Source: an uncultured Verrucomicrobiota bacterium
Lineage (GTDB): Bacteria > Verrucomicrobiota > Kiritimatiellia > CAIKKV01 > CAITUY01
Assembly: GCA_964611575.1 (NCBI GenBank)
Contig: CAZTAJ010000002.1
Coordinates: 22,582-86,581, forward strand
Length of the DNA stretch: 64,000 nucleotides
Direction: 5' to 3'
Position numbers and translations under genes: made by a program. Shown one piece after another: positions 1 to 8,716 of this stretch (positions are counted from its first letter, which is position 1; each line of letters opens with the position of its first letter). Below the pieces are notes generated by a model, which ran no database searches, was not told where the DNA came from, and was given only the letters and a program-made list of their open reading frames with translations.

Positions 1-317
1 CCCACGAGGTCGGAGCCCTCCTTGACCCAACTGATCGAATCATGGGCTTCGGGTCCCTCGCCGTTGTCCATGAGCCGCAGTCCGTCGTTCTGGTTGCGGT
101 AACGCGCCTGCCGCAGTCCGCCGATGAGTTGTTCGATGACGAAATCGCCGTGGTGAAGATCCTGGCTCAGGGCTGTGCCCCGCTGCCAGGCCTTGGTCAC
201 GGTGGCGAAGATGCCGAAGGTGATGGAGGACACCATCACCAGGATGGCCACGGCCACAAGCAGTTCGACGATCGTAAACCCGGCGCCGACGAAGCGGCGC
301 CCTCCATCGGGCGTCAT
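1..317 (-). CDS. Minor pseudopilin (prepilin-type N-terminal cleavage/methylation domain), 3'-partial at window edge
   Basis: Reverse-complement translation from the ATG at 317 gives MTPDGGRRFVGAGFTIVELLVAVAILVMVSSITFGIF..., a canonical GFT(L/I)xE prepilin leader followed by a hydrophobic helix. It has no stop codon inside the window, so the ORF track does not list it. It is the last gene of the minus-strand gsp operon. Confidence 0.6.
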   Translation of the reverse strand, partial: MTPDGGRRFVGAGFTIVELLVAVAILVMVSSITFGIFATVTKAWQRGTALSQDLHHGDFVIEQLIGGLRQARYRNQNDGLRLMDNGEGPEAHDSISWVKEGSDLV

Positions 318-448
318 CGAGACTTGCGGGAGGATTCTCTTGGAGGGGCACGCTCTGTCGTGCCCGCGCGGGACTGGAGGGCATGGGGCGTCGCCGGGTC
401 GTCGTCTCGTTTCTGGGTCAGGATTCTCGATGGGGGGGCACGTCATGC

Positions 449-1048
449 TCATGGTGCCTCCAGATCGTTGGTGTAATAGAGGTAGGAGGTGACCTCCTCG
501 AACGACTCGCGCCCGCGGGCCGACCACCCGACGCGGGTTTTGACGACCACCAGATCCTTGAGCGTCGTGCTGCGTTCTCCCGAACGGGTGAAGGTGTAGG
601 CGTCGTAGTCGATCGGGCCGATATCCAGGTTGATGGCCTTGTCCTGGCCGGTGAGCGGGTCCTTCGCCACCAGCAGCGGGTGGTCGAGTTCGCCCAGGTC
701 GAGAATGCGGCGGGCGTCATAGTAGTTCTTGGCCAGCCGCACCACGGCCAGGCAGCGCGAGACGGCGGTCATGAGGACGCCGGCAGTGGCGCCGAGGATG
801 GCCAGTGCCAGGAGCACCTCGATCAGCGTGAGGCCGGCGCGGCGGGAAGCAGGTGGGAGGCGGGAGGTGTTAGGTGGGAGGTGTTGGGTGGGAGGTGGAG
901 GGGATCGGTCAGGACGCGAGCCGAACGTCCAATGGCCAACGCCCAACGCCCAACGCCCAAGTGCGGCTGGTCTTCTGTTGGGTGTTGGGCGTTGGGTGTT
1001 GTTTCTCAACCCTGAACCCTGAACCCTGAACCCTGAACCCTCTTTCAT
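449..1048 (-). CDS. Minor pseudopilin (GspI/J-like) with unusually long N-terminal extension
   Basis: It contains the motif RRAGLTLIEVLLALAILGATAG, a prepilin cleavage/methylation signal plus TM helix. The annotated ATG at 1048 overlaps the upstream stop by 4 bp (ATGA). The first 60 or so codons run through a repeat element (836-1040), so the true start is uncertain. Confidence 0.55.
   Translation of the reverse strand: MKEGSGFRVQGSGLRNNTQRPTPNRRPAALGRWALGVGHWTFGSRPDRSPPPPTQHLPPNTSRLPPASRRAGLTLIEVLLALAILGATAGVLMTAVSRCLAVVRLAKNYYDARRILDLGELDHPLLVAKDPLTGQDKAINLDIGPIDYDAYTFTRSGERSTTLKDLVVVKTRVGWSARGRESFEEVTSYLYYTNDLEAP
836..1040. repeat. Composite repeat: G-rich GGTGGGAGG array (851-903) + hairpin CCAACGCCCAACGCCCAA..TTGGGCGTTGGG (936-1000) + (AACCCTG)4-5 microsatellite (1007-1040)
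   Basis: Read directly from the sequence. The same G-rich array plus CCAACGCCCAACGCCCAAGTGCGG hairpin recurs at 33520-33700. Confidence 0.7.
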
Positions 1049-1632
1049 CGGTCGTCCCGTTGGGAGTTGGGGGTGGAAAGGGCGTCGACGCGAGTGAGTG
1101 TTGCGCTGCCGAACTGGTCGACCAGTCGCACGACGTAAGGCGTGCAGCGACCGTTGCTGCGATACACGATCGTGACTTTGCCGGAGGTTTCGCGATCGCG
1201 GTGTTCGACCTCGACGTATTCAATGCGCACCGCATCCAGCGGGCGCACCACGGTCAGCCCGGGTGAGAACGGCGCGGGCGCGTCATTGGTGTCCGCCGGG
1301 GCGGGGCTGTCCGCCGGCTCCGGAACCGGTGCGGCGGCAGGGGGGGTGTCGTAGCGGGGCTCCACCCGTATGGCCGGCTGGTTGATATCGAGGGTCAACA
1401 GCATGTCCCGCTGGCCGAGCAGCGCCATGCTGCGGGCATAGCGGCCGGCCCGGACGATCGTGTTCGTGGACACCCGCAGGCGATTGCCGCGGATGGATTG
1501 GACCAGGTAGGGCATGGTCACCAGGGTCAGGATCCCCATGATGGCCAGGACCATCAGGACTTCGACGAGGGTGAAGGCCCGGCGGCGGGGAACGGTTTCA
1601 TTGGGGATTGGGTTCATTGGGACCCTGTGCAA
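1045..1632 (-). CDS. Pseudopilin (GspH-like), prepilin-type N-terminal domain
   Basis: N-terminus MHRVPMNPIPNETVPRRRAFTLVEVLMVLAIMGILTLV. It lies in the gsp operon downstream of gspG. Confidence 0.65.
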   Translation of the reverse strand: MHRVPMNPIPNETVPRRRAFTLVEVLMVLAIMGILTLVTMPYLVQSIRGNRLRVSTNTIVRAGRYARSMALLGQRDMLLTLDINQPAIRVEPRYDTPPAAAPVPEPADSPAPADTNDAPAPFSPGLTVVRPLDAVRIEYVEVEHRDRETSGKVTIVYRSNGRCTPYVVRLVDQFGSATLTRVDALSTPNSQRDDR

Positions 1633-1674
1633 GCCGATTCATGCTCCCACGGCCGAATCGACCCAATCTCCTGT

Positions 1675-2103
1675 TCAATTCGTAATGTCGTCCGAGGTGC
1701 CGACCTGATTGTCGGGGCCGCCCGAACGCAACTCGACGCTGCCTTCCTTGGCCGCGTACTGGAAGTCGTTGCCCCAGGCGTCCTTCGGCATGCGGCCGTC
1801 ACGCAGGTAGGGGCCGCTCCAGTTGTTCTCGCTGCCGCGCGTGACCAGATTCTGCAGGCCGGCGGGATACCCGCCGTTATCGACTTCGTACATGTCGATG
1901 GCGGTCAGGATGGCCCCGATGCTCGTGCGCGTGGCGGCAATGTTCGCCTTCTTGGTCTTGCCGCTGACGCTGACCACGGCCACGCCGGCCAGGATGCCCA
2001 GGATGGCGACCACCAATAGGATTTCCACCAACGTAAAACCGGCGCGGGAATCACGTGCGTCGGACCGGAGCAGCAGCATCGACTTGAGTGAGTGCTTGTT
2101 CAT
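1675..2103 (-). CDS. gspG: Type II secretion major pseudopilin GspG
   Basis: 142 aa with leader ...GFTLVEILLVVAILGILAGVA. The motif VDNGGYPAGLQNLVT is typical of GspG. It lies directly downstream of gspF. Confidence 0.85.
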   Translation of the reverse strand: MNKHSLKSMLLLRSDARDSRAGFTLVEILLVVAILGILAGVAVVSVSGKTKKANIAATRTSIGAILTAIDMYEVDNGGYPAGLQNLVTRGSENNWSGPYLRDGRMPKDAWGNDFQYAAKEGSVELRSGGPDNQVGTSDDITN

Positions 2104-2255
2104 GGGATGTTCCTTTCAATTAGCCTTACAATCATAGCACATGCCACCTGACGCAACAATGCATTGGGAACGAGATAGGCTCTGGGCGGGCCGGTGTGTC
2201 CCCGTCCGCGACGCGCAGCATACGCGCCCTCCCACCCACCACCTTCCACCCTTCC

Positions 2256-3536
2256 TCAGACGCCCAGCCCATTGGTCATGTTGAACACCGCCATCACGAT
2301 GCTGACGGCGACGAACCCGACCAGGACGGCCACCAAAACGATCAAGATGGGTTCCAGCGCCGTGGTGAACACCTTGACGTTGCGGCTGAGTTCATTTTCA
2401 TAGCGGCGGGCAATATGTTTGAGCGCGCCGGCCATGTCGCCGGTCTGCTCGCCGATGGCGAGCATGTCGGTCATGAGCGGCGGGAAGACCTTGCCGGCCG
2501 CCAGCGGGCCCGAAATGGTGGTGCCATCGGTCACTCGATCGCGGGCCTTGCGGATCTCGTCGGCGATGATGACGTTGCCGATCGTGTTCTCCACAATGCC
2601 GAGGGCCTGCAGCACGGGCACGCCGTTGGTGAGCAGCGTGCTGAGGGTGCGCGCGAAATTGGCGTAGGTGCTGGAGGCGACGATGCCGCGGAGAAAAGGC
2701 GTCTTGAGCTGGAGGCGATGCCACCGTTCGCGGGCCTTGCCGTGCTGCACGGCCCGGTTGAGCGCGATGCCGCCGCCGACCAGTATGCCGATCATCAGCC
2801 AGCCGTAACGCAGCAGTCCGCCGCTCAAGGCGATCAGCATGCGCGTGGGCAGCGGCAATGCCGCGTTGCCCAGTTCCTCGAAGATTGCCGAGAACTTCGG
2901 GATCACGTAAACCATCGAGAAGATCATGGTGGCGAATCCCATGACCAGCACGATGACGGGGTAGACCAGCGCCGTGACCACCTTCTCCTTCAAATCCTGG
3001 ATGCGTTCGAAATGCTCCACCAGGCGGGTCATGACCTCGGATAGCGCGCCGCTGGCCTCGCCGACGCGGATCATGCTGACGTAAAGCGGCGAAAACGAGG
3101 CGGGCTGCCTGGCCAGCGCGTCGGAAAGGCTGACGCCCTGGATGATCTGGTCGCGCAGTTCGCGGGTGATCTCGTCCGTGGCCGTGCCGGTCTTGCGTCC
3201 GGCGAGGGTGGAGAGTGCATGGCCGAGAGTCATGCCCGATGCCAGCAGGTCGCTCAGTTCGGTCGAGAAGGTCAGGACATCCCGTGTTTTCATGCGGCGG
3301 GGGCCGCGCCCGAACGTGAATTTGAACCCGCCCGACCCGCCTGACCCGCCCGGCCGGGCCGGCCGGGTCGCCTCGCCGACGGCGACGGGCGCCGAGGGAC
3401 CGCCGGCCTGGATGGCGATGGGGACGAGGCCGAGCTTTTCAACCTGGCGCGTCGCGGCGACACGGTCGTTGGCATCGACCGTGCCTTCGACCCGCTGGCC
3501 CGCCTTGTCCCTGGCTTTATAGGTGAAGAGAGGCAC
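2256..3536 (-). CDS. gspF: Type II secretion system inner-membrane platform protein GspF
   Basis: 426 aa with two GspF-type domains and three TM segments. Its position between gspE and gspG fits. Confidence 0.9.
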   Translation of the reverse strand: MPLFTYKARDKAGQRVEGTVDANDRVAATRQVEKLGLVPIAIQAGGPSAPVAVGEATRPARPGGSGGSGGFKFTFGRGPRRMKTRDVLTFSTELSDLLASGMTLGHALSTLAGRKTGTATDEITRELRDQIIQGVSLSDALARQPASFSPLYVSMIRVGEASGALSEVMTRLVEHFERIQDLKEKVVTALVYPVIVLVMGFATMIFSMVYVIPKFSAIFEELGNAALPLPTRMLIALSGGLLRYGWLMIGILVGGGIALNRAVQHGKARERWHRLQLKTPFLRGIVASSTYANFARTLSTLLTNGVPVLQALGIVENTIGNVIIADEIRKARDRVTDGTTISGPLAAGKVFPPLMTDMLAIGEQTGDMAGALKHIARRYENELSRNVKVFTTALEPILIVLVAVLVGFVAVSIVMAVFNMTNGLGV

Positions 3537-3539
3537 TGC

Positions 3540-5246
3540 CTAATCCGCTTCCTCGGTGACGCGCAGGACTTCCTCGACGGTGGTCTGGCCGTCGAGCACC
3601 TTGCCCCAGCCGTCGTCGCGCAGTGTCATCATGCCTTCGGCCACGGCCTTCTGTTTAATCGCGTTGGACGATGACCGCTGGAGAATGAGGGGTTCGATCC
3701 CCTCGGTGATCTGGAGCACCTCGTAGATGCCCATCCGGCCGCGGAAGCCGGTGGACCGGCACTTCTCGCAGCCTGCGCCTTCGTAGACGCCCTCTGATCC
3801 AAGGCGTTCCACCGGGAAACCCGCGCCCTTCAGGAGTGCCTCGTCCGGCGTTGAAGGGCGCCGGCAGGCCTGGCACAGGCGGCGCACCAGGCGCTGGGCC
3901 ACGACGGCTTCGAGCGACGAGGCGACGAGGAACGGCTCCACGCCCATGTCGAGCAGGCGGGTGACCGCGCCGGCGGCGTCGTTGGTGTGCAGCGTGCTGA
4001 AGACCAGGTGACCGGTCAGCGACGCGCGAATCGCAATTTCAGCCGTCTCGAAATCGCGGATTTCCCCGATCATGATGATGTCGGGATCCTGGCGCAGAAT
4101 GTGGCGCAGGGCTGTGGCGAACGTGAGCCCGATGTCGGCCTTCACATTGATCTGGTTGATGCCGGCCATTTCGTATTCGATCGGGTCCTCGACCGTGATG
4201 ATGCGCTGGTCGATGGTGTTGATCTCGTGGAGGTAGGCATACAGCGACGTCGATTTGCCCGACCCTGTCGGGCCGGTGACGAGGATGATGCCGTTCGGGC
4301 GCTCGATCAGCTTGCGCATGATCTTCTCATCGCGTTCCCGCAGCCCGAGTTGGCGGAAGCCGATGAATTCCTTGCCGCGCATCAGCAGCCGAAGGCTGAC
4401 GCTTTCGCCGTAGACGGTCGGCATCGTGGACACGCGGATGTCGATATCCTCGCCCTGGATCCGCATGCCGATGCGGCCGTCCTGCGGCAGGCGCTTCTCG
4501 GCAATGTCCATGTTGGCCATGACCTTGATGCGCGAAAGGATGGCCGCCTGGAAGCGGGTGAGTTGGGCGGGCAGGGGCGTCTGGTGCAGAACCCCGTCCA
4601 CACGGTAGCGGATGCGGAGCTGGTTCTCCATGGGCTCCAGGTGAATATCGGTCGCACGTTCCTGGTAGGCCTCCCAGATGATCTGGTTGACGAACCGGAC
4701 GATCGACGCCTCCTGGTCGAGTTCGCTGAGATCGGTCTTGAGCAGGGTCTCTTCGGGCGCGACTTCGATGCGGCTGCCGTCCTGCATCAGCTTCTCGACC
4801 GTATCCGCGCCGACGCCGTAAAACCGCTTGATGGCCGCGCCGATGTCGGCGTTCAGCGCCAGGGCCAGTTTGACGCGCATGCCCGACGCCAGGCGCAACG
4901 CATCCATCAGGCCGGGGTCAAAGGGGTCGTTGGTGGCCACTTGGAGGGCGCCGTTCTGGATGGCAAGCGGGATGACGTTATACTGGAACACGGCGCGGGT
5001 GGGGAGTTTCTCTAAAATCGCCGCGTCGATGGTCAACGATCCGAGCCTGGCGAACGGCACGTTCAAGACCGCGGCCAGCGCCTCAAGGAAGGCGTCCTCG
5101 GCCACGAACCCCTGGGCGAGCGCGGCGCGGGTGATGGGCATGTCGTTCTGCTGCGCATGCAGTAGGAGCGCGGCAATCTGTGCGTCCGACAGCAGCCCGG
5201 TGCGTTTCAACAGACTCGTCAGGCTGGTTGGCAATGAAGCGGTCAT
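3540..5246 (-). CDS. gspE: Type II secretion ATPase GspE
   Basis: 568 aa. Walker A is GPTGSGKST. It has the Asp and His boxes and a C-terminal tetracysteine motif (CQAC...CEKC). It also has an N-terminal GSPII_E_N-like domain. Confidence 0.9.
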   Translation of the reverse strand: MTASLPTSLTSLLKRTGLLSDAQIAALLLHAQQNDMPITRAALAQGFVAEDAFLEALAAVLNVPFARLGSLTIDAAILEKLPTRAVFQYNVIPLAIQNGALQVATNDPFDPGLMDALRLASGMRVKLALALNADIGAAIKRFYGVGADTVEKLMQDGSRIEVAPEETLLKTDLSELDQEASIVRFVNQIIWEAYQERATDIHLEPMENQLRIRYRVDGVLHQTPLPAQLTRFQAAILSRIKVMANMDIAEKRLPQDGRIGMRIQGEDIDIRVSTMPTVYGESVSLRLLMRGKEFIGFRQLGLRERDEKIMRKLIERPNGIILVTGPTGSGKSTSLYAYLHEINTIDQRIITVEDPIEYEMAGINQINVKADIGLTFATALRHILRQDPDIIMIGEIRDFETAEIAIRASLTGHLVFSTLHTNDAAGAVTRLLDMGVEPFLVASSLEAVVAQRLVRRLCQACRRPSTPDEALLKGAGFPVERLGSEGVYEGAGCEKCRSTGFRGRMGIYEVLQITEGIEPLILQRSSSNAIKQKAVAEGMMTLRDDGWGKVLDGQTTVEEVLRVTEEAD

Positions 5247-5385
5247 GCGTGCAATCAGAATAAGCCGGACAGGGGGGGCAAGTCAACGCCTCTGCCAGCC
5301 GGTTGGCACCGTGATTCAGCGAGGTTGCGCGGGCGCTGCCGGGTGTTTACTATAGTCAAGTGGCCTGAACTGGAGCCCCCTTCCT

Positions 5386-6636
5386 ATGAATGCCGTGATT
5401 CTCTCTGTGGGCGATGAACTGATCCTCGGTCAGACGGTGGACACCAATTCCGCCTGGCTCAGCGCACAACTGGTGCTTCAAGGGGTCATGGTCGCTTACC
5501 ACAAGACGGTGGCTGACGACCAGGCTGTCATTGCTGCGGCCATTCGCGAAGCGGCCGCGGCTGTCCCGCTGGTGATCGTGACCGGCGGCTTGGGACCCAC
5601 CGCGGATGATTTGACGCGTCAGGCCCTGGCCGATGTGGTCGGTAAGCCGCTGGATCTGCACCCGCCGTCACTCGAGCGCATCCGCGCGTTCTTCAAATCG
5701 CTGGGCCGCGAGATGCCGGCGACCAACCGTATCCAGGCCATGGTGCCCCGCGGTTGCGAGATGCTCGAGAACGACTGGGGTACGGCGCCCGGTCTCAAGG
5801 TCCGGACCGGCCGGGCGACGGTATTCGCGTTTCCCGGCGTGCCGCGTGAGATGGAGCCCATGTACGGGAGGCATGTGCTTCCGACGCTGGCCCGGAAGTC
5901 GGGGCGCACGCTGCTCACGGAAACCGTGCGCACCTTCGGTTTGGGCGAATCGTTGGTGGCGGAAAAGCTGGGCGATCTAATGAAGCGCGATCGCAACCCG
6001 ACGGTTGGAACCACCGTTTCGGGCGGCATTGTCTCGGTGCGCATCCGCAGCGATTTTCCTGACGCCGGCCCGGCGCGGCTGCAACTCGATCGTACTGTCG
6101 AGGCGGTGGAGACGCGGCTCGGATCCCTGGTGTTCGGTCGCGGGGCGGAGACGTTGCCAGCCGTGGTCGGGCGGCGCCTGCGGGAGACCGGCCGGACGGT
6201 AGCCACGGCCGAGAGTTGCACGGGCGGCGGGCTGGCCCAACTTCTGACCGGGATCCCCGGCGCGAGCCTGTATTTTCCCGGCGGGTGGGTGGTTTACTCC
6301 AATGCGTTGAAACACCGGGAACTGGGGGTGCCCGAGGCCATCCTGGCGCAGCACGGCGCGGTCAGCGAGGAGACGGTTCGCCTGCTTGCCGCCCATGCGC
6401 TCGAAAAGGCCGGCGCCCACCATGCCCTCGCGGTGTCCGGTGTGGCGGGCCCGGACGGCGGGTCGGACGACAAGCCGGTCGGCACGGTCTGGATTGCTTT
6501 AGCATCCGTGCAGGACGCCGGCACGAAGGTGGTCGCCGAGCGTTTTCAATTTCCGGGCGACCGGGAGATGGTGCGCGACCGCGCGGCCAAGACGGCGCTC
6601 AACATGCTCCGCCTGGAATTGGGCGGGTCGGCGTAG
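5386..6636 (+). CDS. cinA: Competence/damage-inducible protein CinA (MoCF-binding domain + nicotinamide-nucleotide amidohydrolase PncC domain)
   Basis: 416 aa. The N-terminus LSVGDELILGQTVDTNSAWL and the C-terminal motif ESCTGGGLAQ are typical of CinA. Confidence 0.9.
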   Translation: MNAVILSVGDELILGQTVDTNSAWLSAQLVLQGVMVAYHKTVADDQAVIAAAIREAAAAVPLVIVTGGLGPTADDLTRQALADVVGKPLDLHPPSLERIRAFFKSLGREMPATNRIQAMVPRGCEMLENDWGTAPGLKVRTGRATVFAFPGVPREMEPMYGRHVLPTLARKSGRTLLTETVRTFGLGESLVAEKLGDLMKRDRNPTVGTTVSGGIVSVRIRSDFPDAGPARLQLDRTVEAVETRLGSLVFGRGAETLPAVVGRRLRETGRTVATAESCTGGGLAQLLTGIPGASLYFPGGWVVYSNALKHRELGVPEAILAQHGAVSEETVRLLAAHALEKAGAHHALAVSGVAGPDGGSDDKPVGTVWIALASVQDAGTKVVAERFQFPGDREMVRDRAAKTALNMLRLELGGSA

Positions 6637-6644
6637 GCGGCGTT

Positions 6645-7622
6645 CTAGCGCGCGACGCTCTCGGGGTGCGCCTGGGCGCGTTCAACTTGCAAAAGACGGT
6701 GGGCCTCCACGATGTCTTTGGGAAGCATCCACTCGCGCATCCGCGTCTGCATGAGGACGGCGGGTGTGCTGCCCAGTTCGGAGGCCTTCTCGGCCCAGAC
6801 ATAGGCGAGAATGGAGTCCTTCGGCACGCCCTGGCCCCGCTCGTACATGAATGCCAGGTTGAAGGCGGCCGCGGCAACCCCTTGATCGGCCGCTTTCCGA
6901 TACCATTGCGCGGCATCCGTGAACGAGACATCGACGCCTTCGCCCGTGGCATAGAGGACCCCCAGTTCATACTGGGCGGGCGCGAGCCCGGCTTCGGCGG
7001 CGGAACGGAACCAGGCGGCTGACTTCATGCTGTCTTGCGGGACGCCGCACCCTTCAGCATGCAGTAGAGCCAATTCGTATTGGGCGTCCGGCATGCCCTG
7101 CAAGGCGGCCTTCTGGAGCCAGCGTGCCGCTTCGACGGCATTCGTCCTGACACCATTGCCTGTGACCAACATGAGGGCGAAAACATACTGGGCCTGGGCG
7201 GCCCCCTGCTCAGCGGCGCTTTGGTACCAGTGCGCCGCCTCCACAAGGTCGCGGGGCGTCCCGTCGCCCGAGGCGAGGCTTACGGCCAGGTCAAGCTGCG
7301 CCGTGAGCAGTCCCTGCCGGGCAGCCAGGCGGTACCACTTGACCGCCTCGGCGGTGTCACCCCGGACGCCGATTCCTTCGTCATAGAGGACGGCCATCAG
7401 GTACTGCGCTTCGGCATCACCGCGCTCGGCCTGCCGTCGGACCCGGTCGATATCGTCTTTCAAAGCGGGGCGTTGCAGGTGTTGCCGGGGGGCGGCCGGC
7501 GGGATCGTGGACAAGGTGGCGGGGCCGGCCTTGATCGCGGGCGTCAAGACGAGCAGGGCCAGAGGGAGGGCGGCGGCAACGAAGAACCCGGCACAGGCGG
7601 GTCTAGGGTTGCATGGCTTCAT
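6645..7622 (-). CDS. Secreted Sel1-repeat (TPR-like) protein
   Basis: It has an N-terminal signal peptide and about seven repeats of the Sel1 signature AxAQYxLGxxYxxGxGVxxDxxxAxxWYxKAA. Confidence 0.8.
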   Translation of the reverse strand: MKPCNPRPACAGFFVAAALPLALLVLTPAIKAGPATLSTIPPAAPRQHLQRPALKDDIDRVRRQAERGDAEAQYLMAVLYDEGIGVRGDTAEAVKWYRLAARQGLLTAQLDLAVSLASGDGTPRDLVEAAHWYQSAAEQGAAQAQYVFALMLVTGNGVRTNAVEAARWLQKAALQGMPDAQYELALLHAEGCGVPQDSMKSAAWFRSAAEAGLAPAQYELGVLYATGEGVDVSFTDAAQWYRKAADQGVAAAAFNLAFMYERGQGVPKDSILAYVWAEKASELGSTPAVLMQTRMREWMLPKDIVEAHRLLQVERAQAHPESVAR

Positions 7623-7842
7623 TGACGTCGCGCTGCTCCTGTTTGCCGATCACGGTGATCTGGTCGCGCGCCTTCTTCCCGGCCTCCACCGCCGCCTTGC
7701 CGGTGATGCCGTTAATGACGGTGCTGACCGTCGACTGGGGCGCCTCTGGCGATGAGGATGGAGTGTGCGGCGCTGGCGTCGGGTTCCGACCGCAACCGAT
7801 GGCGGTCGCCGCCAGGATGGCAAATCCCCAGGCGATCCTCAT
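7603..7842 (-). CDS. Small secreted protein / lipoprotein candidate
   Basis: 79 aa. The N-terminal MRIAWGFAILAATAIGCGRNPTP has a signal peptide and a Cys, so a lipobox is possible. It overlaps the Sel1 gene by 20 bp. Confidence 0.35.
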   Translation of the reverse strand: MRIAWGFAILAATAIGCGRNPTPAPHTPSSSPEAPQSTVSTVINGITGKAAVEAGKKARDQITVIGKQEQRDVNEAMQP

Positions 7843-8678
7843 GGCCTGGCCACCCCGGTGGCATTCGTGAGAGCTGCGCGCTTGAGCCGGATCGATTGAA
7901 TGGTGCGCTCGACATCGGCCAGGGTGTCGGTCAGACGTGTCCCGACAGCGGCCGGTGGCGGGGCGGCCACGCGGTTCGTCTTGTCGGGCGGGGGTGGCGG
8001 CACTGCCGGTGAGGAACTCAGCGCCCGGAACAGGTCAGGCGCCGTCGCTTCAACGCGGGCGGGGGCGTTTGTGGCGGGCGCCGCGGCCGGTGACGCCACC
8101 CCCTTGCTTGAGGCCGCCGCCGGCGGCTCGACTGTCGATTTTCCGGGAACCGGGAGGCTTGGCGTGGCCCCTTCCGGGCCGGCGGCCGGGGGCGGTGCGA
8201 CAGGCATCGATGGACTTGCCGTGATCCTGGCGGAGTCAACCGTGGGGAGAGTCGCAGGAGTCGCCGCCGGCGGAGGGATCTGCCGACACATTTCCAATGT
8301 CGTCCGCAAATCGCGCGAGGCCTCCGACAGCACGTTTATGCTCTCGTTCAAGGCCCGTTCCACGCGTTCCAGGGACTGCCGCTCGGCCGCCATGCGTCGT
8401 TCGGACTGCTCGATGTATGTCTGCATGATGTGCAGGGGGCCCCAGATGAACAGGGCCAGCACCAGGATGGTTCCGGCGCCCAGGATCAGGGTGCGCAACC
8501 GGTTGCGACGCCGTTCGGCCTCAAGCAGGTCGCGAAAACTTCCCATCAGCGGCACGAAATGGGGAGAAGCTGCCAAGTCGGAGACCTGTTTCTCCAGTTC
8601 GGCCGCAGCGGGCTCCATCGTGGCGTTGCCGTTTGAGGTAACAGCCGTTTCGGCGTTGTCGTGTCCCGTCCTGTCCAT
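7839..8678 (-). CDS. Membrane-anchored coiled-coil / Pro-Ala-rich hypothetical protein
   Basis: 279 aa with one TM segment (LILGAGTILVLALFIWGPL), a coiled-coil segment, then a long P/A-rich low-complexity tail. Its start overlaps the next gene by ATGA. Confidence 0.5.
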   Translation of the reverse strand: MDRTGHDNAETAVTSNGNATMEPAAAELEKQVSDLAASPHFVPLMGSFRDLLEAERRRNRLRTLILGAGTILVLALFIWGPLHIMQTYIEQSERRMAAERQSLERVERALNESINVLSEASRDLRTTLEMCRQIPPPAATPATLPTVDSARITASPSMPVAPPPAAGPEGATPSLPVPGKSTVEPPAAASSKGVASPAAAPATNAPARVEATAPDLFRALSSSPAVPPPPPDKTNRVAAPPPAAVGTRLTDTLADVERTIQSIRLKRAALTNATGVARP

Positions 8679-8716
8679 GGTGTCTCCTATTCGTCCTGTC
8701 GCCGCGCCAGGCGCGG

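Noticed and set aside
40-476. ORFs 40-384 (minus) and 42-476 (plus) at the window start
   Set aside because: Both are Arg/His/Gly-rich with no motifs. The same DNA in another minus-strand frame encodes a convincing pseudopilin N-terminus (GFTIVELLVAVAIL) that continues off the window edge.
1007-1040. (AACCCTG)n read as a telomere-like repeat
   Set aside because: It has only about 4.5 copies, lies inside a bacterial operon and is flanked by genes on both sides. It is a microsatellite within a repeat element, not a chromosome end.
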